Shown: piece after piece, positions 15,809 to 25,599 of the stretch
Layout of the letters: each line of letters starts with the position of its first letter
Numbering within the stretch: position 1 is the stretch's first letter
The notes under the pieces: generated by a model
The model's input: the letters and a program-made list of their open reading frames with translations, nothing else
Databases searched by the model: none
Told to the model about the DNA's origin: nothing
NCBI GenBank assembly: GCA_043750315.1
Contig: JAYVBS010000213.1
Span: forward strand, 1 to 27,075
Length of the DNA: 27,075 bases
Origin: Chitinophagaceae bacterium
GTDB taxonomy: Bacteria; Bacteroidota; Bacteroidia; Chitinophagales; Chitinophagaceae
Direction: 5' to 3'
Position numbers and translations under genes: made by a program

Positions 15809-17020
15809 TTATTTTGGCCCCATATCCATACCTTCCATTCCTGCCATTATATTGCTTCCCTTCTTAAAAATATATTCACTATTTAATAAATAAGCACCCC
15901 TTGTAACAATTATATCTCCTTTTATAATTCCTGATTTTATTTCAATTCTATCGCCACTTTCAAGACCTGTTTTAACCATTTTCATCTTGTAACTATTTTT
16001 GCCAGATTGCACCCAAACAATGTTCATCCTTCCGTCTCTCAACACAGCATCTGTAGGGAGTGTTAAGGAACTAAACGCTTTGCTTTTTATACTTACATAA
16101 GCAGGCATTCCTGGTTTAAGTTGTCCATTTGAATTGGGTATAGAAATGCGTATAAGATTTAATCTAGAATCTGAAACAATTTCAGGATTAACAAATTCAA
16201 TTTTACCTTTCCATTTTTTACCAGGAATATCTGGAAATTGAACTAAAGCAATTCCTTTAAAGTCTATTGAAGATAGTTGTGAATTGTACACTTGTGCTTC
16301 AGCCCACAAAGAAGACAAATCGGCAAGTTTTACAATTGTGCTTCCTTCAGAAACATATTGTCCTTCCATAACAAGTAATTCAGTAATATAGCCTGAAGCA
16401 TTACTATAAAATGAAGTGAGTTTCTGAGCTATTTTGGTTTTTGACAATTCATTTATTTGTTGATCAGTCATGCCCCACAAAGACAATTTCATTTTTGCAC
16501 TTTGAACAATTTTATTGAAGTCAATAATTGAATTATCGAAAACTTGTTGCCTTTCTAGTGCAGCAATATATTCTTGTTTTGCATTATTTAATTCTTCGCT
16601 ATACAAATCAAAAAGGTGCGTTCCTTTTGAAATATAATCACCTATGTTCTTAAAATATAATTTGTCAATTCTGCCCATAATTCTAGCATTAATGCTATTG
16701 ACTTTTGATTCATCAATATTTAAAGTGGCTGTTAAAATTTCTTGATCTCCAATCATTTCATTTTGTATAGTTTCAGTTTGAATATTTCCCAATCTTACTT
16801 GTTCATCATTCAACAAAATTTCATCAACACTTGTGTTTGTTCTTTTAACTACAATCAAATCCATATGACAAATTGGACAAGTGCCTGGATGATCTTGCAT
16901 TATTTGAGGGTGCATGCTACAAGTGTAGTATTCGGCTTTGTTAACTACAGTAGTTTTTTTATTTTTGCAAGAAGGCAGAATCATTAAGAATGCAGATATA
17001 ATGATTAAAATATTTTTCAT
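15809..17020 (-). CDS. cusB: RND periplasmic adaptor (CusB-like) with one N-terminal heavy-metal-binding domain
   Basis: Lipoprotein signal (ILPS-C), YTCSMHPQIMQDHPGTCPICHMDL, GRIDKLY, LYSEEL, LKPGM and LTLPTDAV. Confidence 0.9.
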   Translation of the reverse strand: MKNILIIISAFLMILPSCKNKKTTVVNKAEYYTCSMHPQIMQDHPGTCPICHMDLIVVKRTNTSVDEILLNDEQVRLGNIQTETIQNEMIGDQEILTATLNIDESKVNSINARIMGRIDKLYFKNIGDYISKGTHLFDLYSEELNNAKQEYIAALERQQVFDNSIIDFNKIVQSAKMKLSLWGMTDQQINELSKTKIAQKLTSFYSNASGYITELLVMEGQYVSEGSTIVKLADLSSLWAEAQVYNSQLSSIDFKGIALVQFPDIPGKKWKGKIEFVNPEIVSDSRLNLIRISIPNSNGQLKPGMPAYVSIKSKAFSSLTLPTDAVLRDGRMNIVWVQSGKNSYKMKMVKTGLESGDRIEIKSGIIKGDIIVTRGAYLLNSEYIFKKGSNIMAGMEGMDMGPK

Positions 17021-17026
17021 AACTGA

Positions 17027-18400
17027 TTAATTTGTTTTAATGAAACTTTCGCTATCAATAAGGTATTGTGCATTTGTTGCAACAGCTTCTGTTTTATCTA
17101 ATCCGTTTAAAACTTGTACCAACGATTTATTTGTAATTCCCGTTTCAATTTTTCTTGCTTTAAAAGACTCTCCATTTCTAACAAAAACAATTTTGTCTAA
17201 ACCTAGTGAAAGAACAGCATCTTCAGGTAGCCAATTTGCAGATCGTTCTCCAGCAAAAATTGTTGCTTTAACTTGACTGCCTAATGGAATTTTGTAGTTT
17301 GAATTATCGAAATAAACTCTTGCAGTAAGAGTTTTGCTGCCTTGTCTATAAACAGGCTCAATAAAACTAATCGATGCTCTGAAATTACTTGTTGTGTTTG
17401 ATTCAGGAGTAATTCGAACTTTATTGCCCACTTTAACCATTGAGGCTTGAGCTGAAAATATGTTCAACAACGCCCATGCTTTGTTTGGATTATAGACTGC
17501 AAAAACATTTTGCCCTTTTTGAATATACATTCCTTCTTTAATGAATAACTCTTGAGTTGTACTTGGCACTGGAGACTGCATGCCATTTGTTTGATTATTA
17601 TTCATATTACTTGAATTGCTTTCATGAATATGACCACCATAATTACTGAAAATTGCAACTGTATGAGCTGCTTGACCAGATTTTATTACTTTATCTAATT
17701 GTTGGTTACTAAATCCTAATAAATATAATTTCTGTTTTGCAGCATTAATGAGTATTATATTTTCAGGATCATTTTTAATTAAGAATAAAAGGTTCTCTTG
17801 TGCAGTTAATAATTCTGGACTATATATGTCCATAACATGCTGGCCTTTACTTATTTTTTGAAACCTATATTTTACATATAGCTTTTCGATTCGACCAGAA
17901 AAATTTGATGAAATTGCACCAATCTGTCTAGTGTCATAAGAAACAAAACCATAACTATCCATTTCAATATTTTCTACTCTTGATACCATATGCACCATTG
18001 CTACATTAGCAATTACTTGATGATTTGATGGCTTCAATAATGTATTTAATGAAACAGCATTAGGTTCATTAAGTGGTTTTATTTTTTCTAATTGCATACC
18101 ACAAATTGGACAATTGCCTAATGTATTACTTGTTATTTGAGGATGCATTGGACAAGTATACCCTTTGGCCATACTGCTATCTTCTGATTCATGTGCTGAA
18201 TGATTGTCCATTAACACCAGTTTCATTCCACACTTTGGACATTTACCAGGCTTATCACTAAACACAGAATCCTCAGGCATTGGACATGTGTACATTTCAG
18301 CAGGTGATTCAGTTTTATTTTTTGCACTCTCTTCACTCTGGTTGCATGAAACTGCAATCAGCATAAGTACAATTGTGATTTTTATAAAATTATTTTTCAT
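17027..18400 (-). CDS. cusB: RND periplasmic adaptor (CusB-like) with two N-terminal heavy-metal-binding domains
   Basis: Lipoprotein signal (IAVS-C), YTCPMPEDSVFSDKPGKCPKCGMKL, YTCPMHPQITSNTLGNCPICGMQL, GRIEKLY and IYSPELLTAQE. Confidence 0.9.
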   Translation of the reverse strand: MKNNFIKITIVLMLIAVSCNQSEESAKNKTESPAEMYTCPMPEDSVFSDKPGKCPKCGMKLVLMDNHSAHESEDSSMAKGYTCPMHPQITSNTLGNCPICGMQLEKIKPLNEPNAVSLNTLLKPSNHQVIANVAMVHMVSRVENIEMDSYGFVSYDTRQIGAISSNFSGRIEKLYVKYRFQKISKGQHVMDIYSPELLTAQENLLFLIKNDPENIILINAAKQKLYLLGFSNQQLDKVIKSGQAAHTVAIFSNYGGHIHESNSSNMNNNQTNGMQSPVPSTTQELFIKEGMYIQKGQNVFAVYNPNKAWALLNIFSAQASMVKVGNKVRITPESNTTSNFRASISFIEPVYRQGSKTLTARVYFDNSNYKIPLGSQVKATIFAGERSANWLPEDAVLSLGLDKIVFVRNGESFKARKIETGITNKSLVQVLNGLDKTEAVATNAQYLIDSESFIKTN

Positions 18401-18410
18401 TGGATATTGT

Positions 18411-19913
18411 TTAGCTTATTTGATATTGTAACATCATTCCATCGTCTTCATGTTCTAGATTATGACAATGAAATACATACTTACCAAGATTGTTTTCAAA
18501 TTTTATTATTACACTTACTTTTTCTCCAGCCATTACTAGAACTGTGTCTTTCCAACCGTTTTCAGAACCAGTAAGATTTCCTCTTCCACCTATTCTGCTG
18601 ATAACTTGAAAGAAAACACCATGAATATGCATTGGGTGTGGTTCATCTCCTTTACTATTATCAAAAACCCATGTTTCTATTGCATTAGCAGCTACTGATT
18701 CATCAACTCTATTGCTGTCAAATAGAATTCCATTAATACGATGACGCATTTGCATTCCATCATTCATAGCATATCCATGATGTTCCATGGCATTTGAAAT
18801 ATCAAACGTTCTTGTTTTTGAAGATGATGAGGTGGAAAGTGTATTGATAGAAGAAAGGGTTGTAGGAACAATGAAGTTATTTGTAGATGAAACTACAATT
18901 TTGAATTTCATGATTTTAAAACTTTGCTTACCCTGAGCATTACCACCATTCTCAAATTCTTTGCTCAATAAAAATATTTCTGAACCTAATGCAACTGCTG
19001 AAAAATTAACTAAAATATCTAGTCTTTCACCAGGTGCAATTAAAATATCTTTAGTTGTAACAGAGGTTTTTAAAAGTCCACCATCGTTACCAATAATAAT
19101 TAAATTATCATTATTACTGAGGGTTAGATTATAAATTCTAGCATTAGATCCATTTAAAATTCGAAGACGATAATATCTTGTAGCAACCTCTATAGAAGGA
19201 GAATGAACACCATTTATTAATATAGATTCACCCATATATCCAGCCATGATTTCTGTCATTGAGGGATTATAAGAAATGCCATTATTTAGGATTCGTTTAT
19301 CTTGAATGATCAATGGAATTTCGAATTGACCTGAAGGAAGATTAAGAGCTGTTTCCTCAGCATCATTAATGATAAAAGCACCTGCTAAGCCTTGAAAGAC
19401 TTGCTTTCCAGTATTTCCATGTGTATGTGGATGATACCAACACAAGCCTGCTCTTTGATTTAAAGTAAACTGATACCGGTAATTACTGTTTGTATAAATA
19501 ACTTGATCAGGGTGTCCATCCATAATTGCTGGAACTTTTAAACCATGCCAATGAATATTTGTATGTTCAGATAAATTGTTTTGTAACAATACATTCATCA
19601 CATCACCTTCATTAACTCTGAATGTGGGTCCTAATACTTTATTGGGCTGATAACCTAAAACAGTAATATTTGCACCATTGATGTTTGCAGATGTGGTTTG
19701 TGCTGCTAAAGAGTGATTAGTTCCAACTTCAAGTGGATATGAAAGTGATTTTAAAAAGTCTCCTTCAGTTACCATAACAGGTTTTGTAATTAATCCAATA
19801 TGATGATCCTTACTACAACCACTAACACTTGTAATCAAACCAACAATTGAACTACTTGTTAAAATTGATCCTGTAGTTAGGCTCGATATTTTTATAAATT
19901 CTCTTCTTTTCAT
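18411..19913 (-). CDS. Multicopper oxidase (CueO/CotA-like), Tat-exported, possibly lipidated
   Basis: Copper motifs HWHG, WYHPH, HPMHIHG and HCHNLEHEDDGMM; twin-arginine KRREFIK and VSG-C. Likely start ATG 19913. Confidence 0.95.
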   Translation of the reverse strand: MKRREFIKISSLTTGSILTSSSIVGLITSVSGCSKDHHIGLITKPVMVTEGDFLKSLSYPLEVGTNHSLAAQTTSANINGANITVLGYQPNKVLGPTFRVNEGDVMNVLLQNNLSEHTNIHWHGLKVPAIMDGHPDQVIYTNSNYRYQFTLNQRAGLCWYHPHTHGNTGKQVFQGLAGAFIINDAEETALNLPSGQFEIPLIIQDKRILNNGISYNPSMTEIMAGYMGESILINGVHSPSIEVATRYYRLRILNGSNARIYNLTLSNNDNLIIIGNDGGLLKTSVTTKDILIAPGERLDILVNFSAVALGSEIFLLSKEFENGGNAQGKQSFKIMKFKIVVSSTNNFIVPTTLSSINTLSTSSSSKTRTFDISNAMEHHGYAMNDGMQMRHRINGILFDSNRVDESVAANAIETWVFDNSKGDEPHPMHIHGVFFQVISRIGGRGNLTGSENGWKDTVLVMAGEKVSVIIKFENNLGKYVFHCHNLEHEDDGMMLQYQIS

Positions 19914-19920
19914 TGTAGGG

Positions 19921-21171
19921 TTATTTATTTTCAATGATTCTTTCAATAGCAACTTGCAACTTGAGTGTTTGATTAAACAATTCTACATATTCCAATTGTT
20001 TCATGTTTAATTTTTCCCAAGCATCATAAAGCATAAAGAGCTCTTCTGTGTTTTGTTCATAGCCTAATAAAATTGTTTTATAATTATTTCTTAGGGCTGG
20101 TATTATGCTTTCTTCAAATACAATTAATTGCATCTTCTTTAATTCAAGTTCATTTCTCATGGCATATGCCATACCACTGTACTCGTTTGCAAGCATTTCT
20201 TTTTGTGATTGAATTGCATTGGTTTTCCATTTAAGGCTTTCAATATTAGCCTTGTTCATTTTAGACGACCAACTTGCCATTGGAATTTTTACCATACCCA
20301 TGATAGTATATTGAAGAGGTCTACCACCGAATGCAAACATGTTTTCATATCTTAATCCAAATTGAGGTTTAAGAGCTGCTCTTTCTGTTTCTTGTTTTAA
20401 AAAAGTTAAATCAATTTCTCTATCTAATGACTTCAGATCACTTCTTTTTTCATAGAATAAAGTGCTATCGAAAACAATGGCAGTATAATCTTTTAAAATA
20501 TATGTAGTATCAATTTCAAAATCGCTTAAAGGATATCTACCCATGAGCGTATTGATACGAATGCGTTTGTCTTTAATCTCATTAATATACATCAATTGCA
20601 TGTTTTTCAAATCGCCAATTGCAGCTTTAACTTTATAATAAGCATTGAGTTTTTCTAAGCCATTTTTATACCTTATTTCAGCATTTTTTATCATGAAATC
20701 CAAAATCTTTTCATTCTCTTTTATTATGGTGAGTTTCTTTTTTAGAATAATCCATTCATAATAATATTGTTTAGCATCATTCAGTAAATCATTAATTGTT
20801 GCATTCTTTTTTTCTTTTTCAACAGATGACATCGCTTTCATATATTTTTCATCAGCATCAAATTTTTTCTTATTAGGAAACATTTGTTCTCCAGATATCA
20901 TTATTGATCCCATTCCAGGAATATCGCCTTCCCTATGCCATAGTCTCACATCATATGGAGTCATAAACTGGCCAACGCCAAACTGAGGAGGCATCCAACT
21001 TCTTGCCCCTTGAGCAGCTTCATCCATTGAACGAATCTCATTATTATACATTTTTAATATAGGATGGTACTGTTTGATATTATAAAGAATGGAATCAAGT
21101 TTTAGCATTTGTGCCATACTCTGAACATTCACTAAAAGTGATATGATGATGATTATAAATATTTTCTTCAT
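19921..21171 (-). CDS. TolC-family outer membrane efflux protein (CusC role)
   Basis: Signal peptide, coiled-coil-rich helical sequence, ERAALKPQFGL, and position next to the RND permease. Confidence 0.85.
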   Translation of the reverse strand: MKKIFIIIIISLLVNVQSMAQMLKLDSILYNIKQYHPILKMYNNEIRSMDEAAQGARSWMPPQFGVGQFMTPYDVRLWHREGDIPGMGSIMISGEQMFPNKKKFDADEKYMKAMSSVEKEKKNATINDLLNDAKQYYYEWIILKKKLTIIKENEKILDFMIKNAEIRYKNGLEKLNAYYKVKAAIGDLKNMQLMYINEIKDKRIRINTLMGRYPLSDFEIDTTYILKDYTAIVFDSTLFYEKRSDLKSLDREIDLTFLKQETERAALKPQFGLRYENMFAFGGRPLQYTIMGMVKIPMASWSSKMNKANIESLKWKTNAIQSQKEMLANEYSGMAYAMRNELELKKMQLIVFEESIIPALRNNYKTILLGYEQNTEELFMLYDAWEKLNMKQLEYVELFNQTLKLQVAIERIIENK

Positions 21172-21174
21172 AGT

Positions 21175-23115
21175 TTAATGTTTTGTTTCTAGTACTTCAA
21201 GCTTTCCATATTTTCTTAATTCGTATTCTTTAGCCATTAAAAAAATTAAAGGTGTTACTAAAAGTATATGAGTTGCTGATGTTAAAACTCCACCTACCAT
21301 TGGTAAAACAATTGGTTTCATTACATCACTACCAACACCATGACTCCATAAAATTGGTATTAATGCAAATAGTGAAACACATACTGTCATTAACTTTGGA
21401 CGTAATCTTTTAGCAGCTCCGGCAATTACAAATTCGCGTAATTCTTGTTTGGAAATAGTATCTCTTGAGTTGCCATTTTTCTCTACTAATTGTTGCATGG
21501 CATCATTTAAATAAATGACCATCACAATTCCTGTTTCAACTGCCAAGCCAAACAATGCAATAAAACCTACTGCAACTGCAACAGATAAATTAACACCCCA
21601 GAAGTAAATCATAAACGCCCCTCCTATTAATGCAAATGGAATAGAAATAAGGCTTAGAAAAGCTTCTCTTGCCGAATTAAAAGCAAAATACATAGATAAG
21701 AAAATGATTAAAAGAACCACTGGTAAAATCATTTTTAAAGTTCTTTCACTTCTAATTAAATTTTCGTACTGACCACTCCATTCCATAAAATATCCTTTAG
21801 GAAGTTTGGCAATCATTTTATCGAGTTTTTCTCTTGATTCATTTACTGTATTACCTAAATCTCTTTCTCTTACATTAAATAAAACTGTTCCTCTAAGCAT
21901 AGCATTTTCAGAATTAATCATAGGTGGACCTTCAGAAATTTTTACTTCAGCAACAGCTGCTAATGGAACTGGTCCAAACTTCATGGTTTGAACTTGCAAT
22001 TTTTTTAATGCTTCAAGATTATTTCTAAAATCCTGACCAAATCTTGCATTTACAGAAAAACGCTGACGGCCTTCAACAGTTGTAGTTAAACGCATTCCAC
22101 CTAAAGCAATTTCTACAACATTATTAACATCATCTACTGTTAAATCATATCTACTGATTTCATTTCTGTTGATGATTATATCAATATATTTTCCACCTGT
22201 TATGGGCTCAACATATAAATCTTTAACACCATTAATGCCTTCTAATTCTTTTTTTATTTTTTCTGCAAATGCATAAATGGTATCTAGGTGTTGGCCATAT
22301 ACTTTTACACCAACATCTGTTCTAATACCTGTTGAAAGCATATTAATTCTATTGATGATGGGTTGTGTCCAACCATTGGTAACGCCTGGTATTTGAAGTT
22401 TAGCATTAAGTTCATTAATGATATCATTTTTTGAAATTCCTTTTCTCCATTCTGCTTGTGGCTTTAATAAAATAATGGTTTCAATCATACTTATTGGAGA
22501 ATTGTCTGTTGCTGTATTAGCTCTACCAGCTTTGCCCAAAACATTTGTTACTTCAGGTACGGATTTAATTAATTTATCTTGAATTTGTAGAATTCTTTTT
22601 GCTTCGCTATTCGAAACATCTGGTAAAGTAACAGGCATGAAAAGAATTGAACCTTCATCTAATGGAGGCATAAACTCTTTGCCCAAACTCATTAACATTG
22701 GAACACTAATAGCAAGTGCAATTATATTTACTGCAATAGTTGTTTTTCTCCATTTAATACAAGTTCTAATAAGAGGTTCATACACTTTCTCTAAGAACCT
22801 ATTTACAGGATTTTTGTTTTCAGGGCTAAATCTTCCCTTCATAAAAAAAGAAATTAGCACAGGAGCCAATGTGATAACAAGTAAAGCATCTACTATCATA
22901 ATAAAAGTTTTAGTAAATGCTAATGGATGAAATAATTTTCCTTCTTGACCAGTTAACAAAAACACAGGTAAGAATGAAGTAATAATGATGATGGTGGAAA
23001 AGAAAACTCCTCTTGAAACCTGCACACAAGCTTTTTCAATGATTCTCATTCTTTCCAACTCAGGAATTTTATAATAATTATTTCGCCCAGTTATTTTGTT
23101 GAATAATTTTTTCAT
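21175..23115 (-). CDS. cusA: CusA/CzcA heavy-metal RND permease, C-terminal part (about TM5-TM12)
   Basis: SFLPVFLLTGQEGKLFHPLAFTKT, EFMPPLDEGSILFMP, GRANTATDNSPISMIET, INRINMLSTG and RLRPKLMT; contains equivalents of the CusA Met triad. Confidence 0.92.
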   Translation of the reverse strand: MKKLFNKITGRNNYYKIPELERMRIIEKACVQVSRGVFFSTIIIITSFLPVFLLTGQEGKLFHPLAFTKTFIMIVDALLVITLAPVLISFFMKGRFSPENKNPVNRFLEKVYEPLIRTCIKWRKTTIAVNIIALAISVPMLMSLGKEFMPPLDEGSILFMPVTLPDVSNSEAKRILQIQDKLIKSVPEVTNVLGKAGRANTATDNSPISMIETIILLKPQAEWRKGISKNDIINELNAKLQIPGVTNGWTQPIINRINMLSTGIRTDVGVKVYGQHLDTIYAFAEKIKKELEGINGVKDLYVEPITGGKYIDIIINRNEISRYDLTVDDVNNVVEIALGGMRLTTTVEGRQRFSVNARFGQDFRNNLEALKKLQVQTMKFGPVPLAAVAEVKISEGPPMINSENAMLRGTVLFNVRERDLGNTVNESREKLDKMIAKLPKGYFMEWSGQYENLIRSERTLKMILPVVLLIIFLSMYFAFNSAREAFLSLISIPFALIGGAFMIYFWGVNLSVAVAVGFIALFGLAVETGIVMVIYLNDAMQQLVEKNGNSRDTISKQELREFVIAGAAKRLRPKLMTVCVSLFALIPILWSHGVGSDVMKPIVLPMVGGVLTSATHILLVTPLIFLMAKEYELRKYGKLEVLETKH

Positions 23116-23117
23116 AA

Positions 23118-24398
23118 TTAAGATGTTGGGTTACGACTGTTTTGCCAATCTGATAAATGACGGTAAGCATTTTCACTCATGATAATACCATTATCAACAA
23201 TAACACCTATTGCCAATGCAATTCCAGTAAGTGACATGATGTTGGATGAAATATCAAACATGTTGAGTAATATAAAGCTGATTGCAATTGTGATGGGAAT
23301 TTGAACAATGATACTTAAAGCACTTCTCCAATGAAATAAAAAAATGATTACAATAAGTGCAACGATGGCCATCTCTTCAATGAGCTTAACTTTAATATTT
23401 CCAATAGCAGCTTCTATTAATTCGCTTCTATCATAGGCTGTTTTAAAAGTTACTCCTTCTGGCAATCCCTTTTGAACTTCCTTCATTTTTTCTTTAACAG
23501 CACTAATAACATTATTGGCATTTTCTCCATAACGCATTACAACAATTCCACCAACTACTTCACCTTCACCATTTTCATCAAATATTCCTAATCTTAAATC
23601 TCCGCCCATTTGAACTGTTCCAATATCTTTTACACGCACCGGTATACCATTATTATTACTTAGTGCAATGCTTTCTATATCTTCTTTATTTTTAATATAT
23701 CCAAGACCTCGAATGATATAGGCCATATCACTCATTTCAAATTTTCTGCCCCCAACATCATTGTTGCTTGCTTTAACTTTAGTCATCACATCCATTAGTG
23801 ATACATTGTAATATTGTAGTTTTACTGGATCGATGACTAATTGATATTGTTTTTCAAATCCACCAAATGATGCAATTTCTGCAACACCAGGAACTGTTTG
23901 TAGAGCAAACTTGATGTACCAATCTTGTAAGGCTCTTTGTTCTCCAAGATCAATTTTTTTAGCATCAAGTGTGTACCAAAAAACATGTCCAACACCAGTT
24001 CCATCAGGTCCTAGTGCAGGTGTTACACCATTTGGCAACAAGCGTTGTGCATAATTTAATCTTTCCAAAACCCTTGTTCTAGCCCAATAAACATCAACAT
24101 TGTCTTCAAAAATGATATATACAAAACTCATCCCAAACATGGATGTTCCTCTTATGTTTTTTACTTTGGGAATGCCTTGTAAATTACTTACCAATGGATA
24201 GGTAATTTGATCTTCCATGATTTGAGGACTACGGCCCATCCACTCTGTAAAAACAATTACTTGATTTTCGCTAAGATCAGGAATAGCATCAATTGGATTT
24301 TTTTGAATATTAAAAATTCCCCATATAAACAAACCTATTGCAAGCAACAGAACTATATATCTGTTTTTTAATGACCAAGAGATTAATTTTTGAATCAT
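23118..24398 (-). CDS. cusA: CusA/CzcA heavy-metal RND permease, N-terminal part (about TM1-TM4)
   Basis: PIDAIPDLSENQVIV, QITYPL, LGPDGTGVG and SLTGIALAIGVIVDNGIIMSENAYRHL, then a short tail and TAA. Confidence 0.92.
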   Translation of the reverse strand: MIQKLISWSLKNRYIVLLLAIGLFIWGIFNIQKNPIDAIPDLSENQVIVFTEWMGRSPQIMEDQITYPLVSNLQGIPKVKNIRGTSMFGMSFVYIIFEDNVDVYWARTRVLERLNYAQRLLPNGVTPALGPDGTGVGHVFWYTLDAKKIDLGEQRALQDWYIKFALQTVPGVAEIASFGGFEKQYQLVIDPVKLQYYNVSLMDVMTKVKASNNDVGGRKFEMSDMAYIIRGLGYIKNKEDIESIALSNNNGIPVRVKDIGTVQMGGDLRLGIFDENGEGEVVGGIVVMRYGENANNVISAVKEKMKEVQKGLPEGVTFKTAYDRSELIEAAIGNIKVKLIEEMAIVALIVIIFLFHWRSALSIIVQIPITIAISFILLNMFDISSNIMSLTGIALAIGVIVDNGIIMSENAYRHLSDWQNSRNPTS

Positions 24399-24419
24399 AA
24401 CTATTGTTTAGCTTTTGAA

Positions 24420-25031
24420 TTATTTCATCATTTCTTCTACACTTCCACATGTCATCATCTTGTATCCATAAAATGGATTTTTGATGTCTTTGGATTCACT
24501 TAACCACATAGATCCATCTTTATACATTGGGCAATGGTCATGATATAAAGTCATACCAGCTCCAAATGCTTTTACCAAATCATACATGTCTTTGCTCATC
24601 ATAGCAAAGTGTTCCCTCTGGTGTTCAATTTTACTTTTTGAAATATGTTCTACATGTTCTTTCAGGTCTTCTTCAATCTCATTATAAACTTTCTTTTGTT
24701 CTTCGCTTAACAATGATTTGTCAATGCCTTTTAAAGCCTTATCCATTTTAACTGTTGTACTAGATGCAGCAGTTTCATTTTCATTTATCAGTGCATTTTT
24801 TAAAGCCAAGTAATCTTTGACTAATGATTGCATATAAGTTGAAAATGCAGGGTCAACATTTGTAAACGTTGTGGCAACTACCTTCATATTCATGTCTGCT
24901 ATTGTATTTTCCTGCACAGGCATACTATCATGCTCCATATTGCTTATATTGTCTTTCGAAGAACTATTACTGTTGCAGGAAACTACAGCCAGAGTAGTAA
25001 TTATAGAAAAAACAAAAATTAAATTTTTCAT
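24420..25031 (-). CDS. DUF3347 domain-containing lipoprotein
   Basis: Lipoprotein signal (AVVS-C), YLALKNAL, IEHQREHFAMMS and HCPMYKDGSMWLSESKDIKNPFYGYKMMTCG. Confidence 0.87.
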   Translation of the reverse strand: MKNLIFVFSIITTLAVVSCNSNSSSKDNISNMEHDSMPVQENTIADMNMKVVATTFTNVDPAFSTYMQSLVKDYLALKNALINENETAASSTTVKMDKALKGIDKSLLSEEQKKVYNEIEEDLKEHVEHISKSKIEHQREHFAMMSKDMYDLVKAFGAGMTLYHDHCPMYKDGSMWLSESKDIKNPFYGYKMMTCGSVEEMMK

Positions 25032-25049
25032 TGTATATTTTTGTAGTTA

Positions 25050-25496
25050 TTAATGATTATGTCCAGAATGATCTTCTTTCTTTTCTTTTAAATTCATTCC
25101 ACATTTTGGGCAACTTCCCATTTTGGTATAAGTTTTATCTCCTTCACATTTCATAGGGCAAGCAAATGATTTTGCTATTTTTTCAACTTTTTTCAAATTC
25201 ATTCCACATTCAGGACATTTTCCCGGTTTAACATAAGTTTTATCACCCTCGCATTTCATAGGACAAACAAACACATCTGAAGCACTCGCTACTTCTTTCA
25301 AATTCATGTTGCATTTTGGACATTTTCCAGGTTTAACATAAGTTTTATCACCTTCGCATTTCATAGGACAACTGTATTTTAATTGTTCCGATTTTTGTGT
25401 TGGTTCTTTTGCATTTTGTTTTGATAAATCTTGTGCAAATAGAGATACAGATACGATAGTTAAAGCTGCCATCATCAGCATTTTGATTGATTTCAT
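25050..25496 (-). CDS. Exported protein with three tandem heavy-metal-binding (CPM..CPxCxM) repeats
   Basis: Signal peptide (SLFA-Q), three CPMKCEGDKTYxKxGxCPxCxMNLK units and C-terminal DHSGHNH. Likely start ATG 25496. Confidence 0.88.
   Translation of the reverse strand: MKSIKMLMMAALTIVSVSLFAQDLSKQNAKEPTQKSEQLKYSCPMKCEGDKTYVKPGKCPKCNMNLKEVASASDVFVCPMKCEGDKTYVKPGKCPECGMNLKKVEKIAKSFACPMKCEGDKTYTKMGSCPKCGMNLKEKKEDHSGHNH
25085..25375 (-). repeat. Three 105-bp-period tandem repeats inside the metal-binding protein
   Basis: The anchor tcatagg occurs at 25151, 25256 and 25361, exactly 105 bp apart. Confidence 0.9.
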
Positions 25497-25599
25497 TTTG
25501 TTTGATTTAATTGAATAATTATAAGTAAATATTTTGGCTAATAGAAATGCCAATTGCCAGACAAAAAATATTTATCTGGATAGAAGAAATGTTAAAAAA

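Noticed and set aside
5049-23000. Short opposite-strand or out-of-frame track ORFs (5049-5264, 6668-6889, 7415-7600, 9008-9262, 12595-12807, 13021-13272, 13381-13578, 14963-15154, 16742-16987, 17040-17276, 18073-18261, 18204-18431, 21806-21991, 22637-22930)
   Set aside because: All lie wholly or largely within well-supported genes and show no motifs; they are treated as shadow ORFs.
25085-25375. 105-bp periodic repeats as a CRISPR-like array
   Set aside because: They are in-frame coding repeats of a metal-binding domain.
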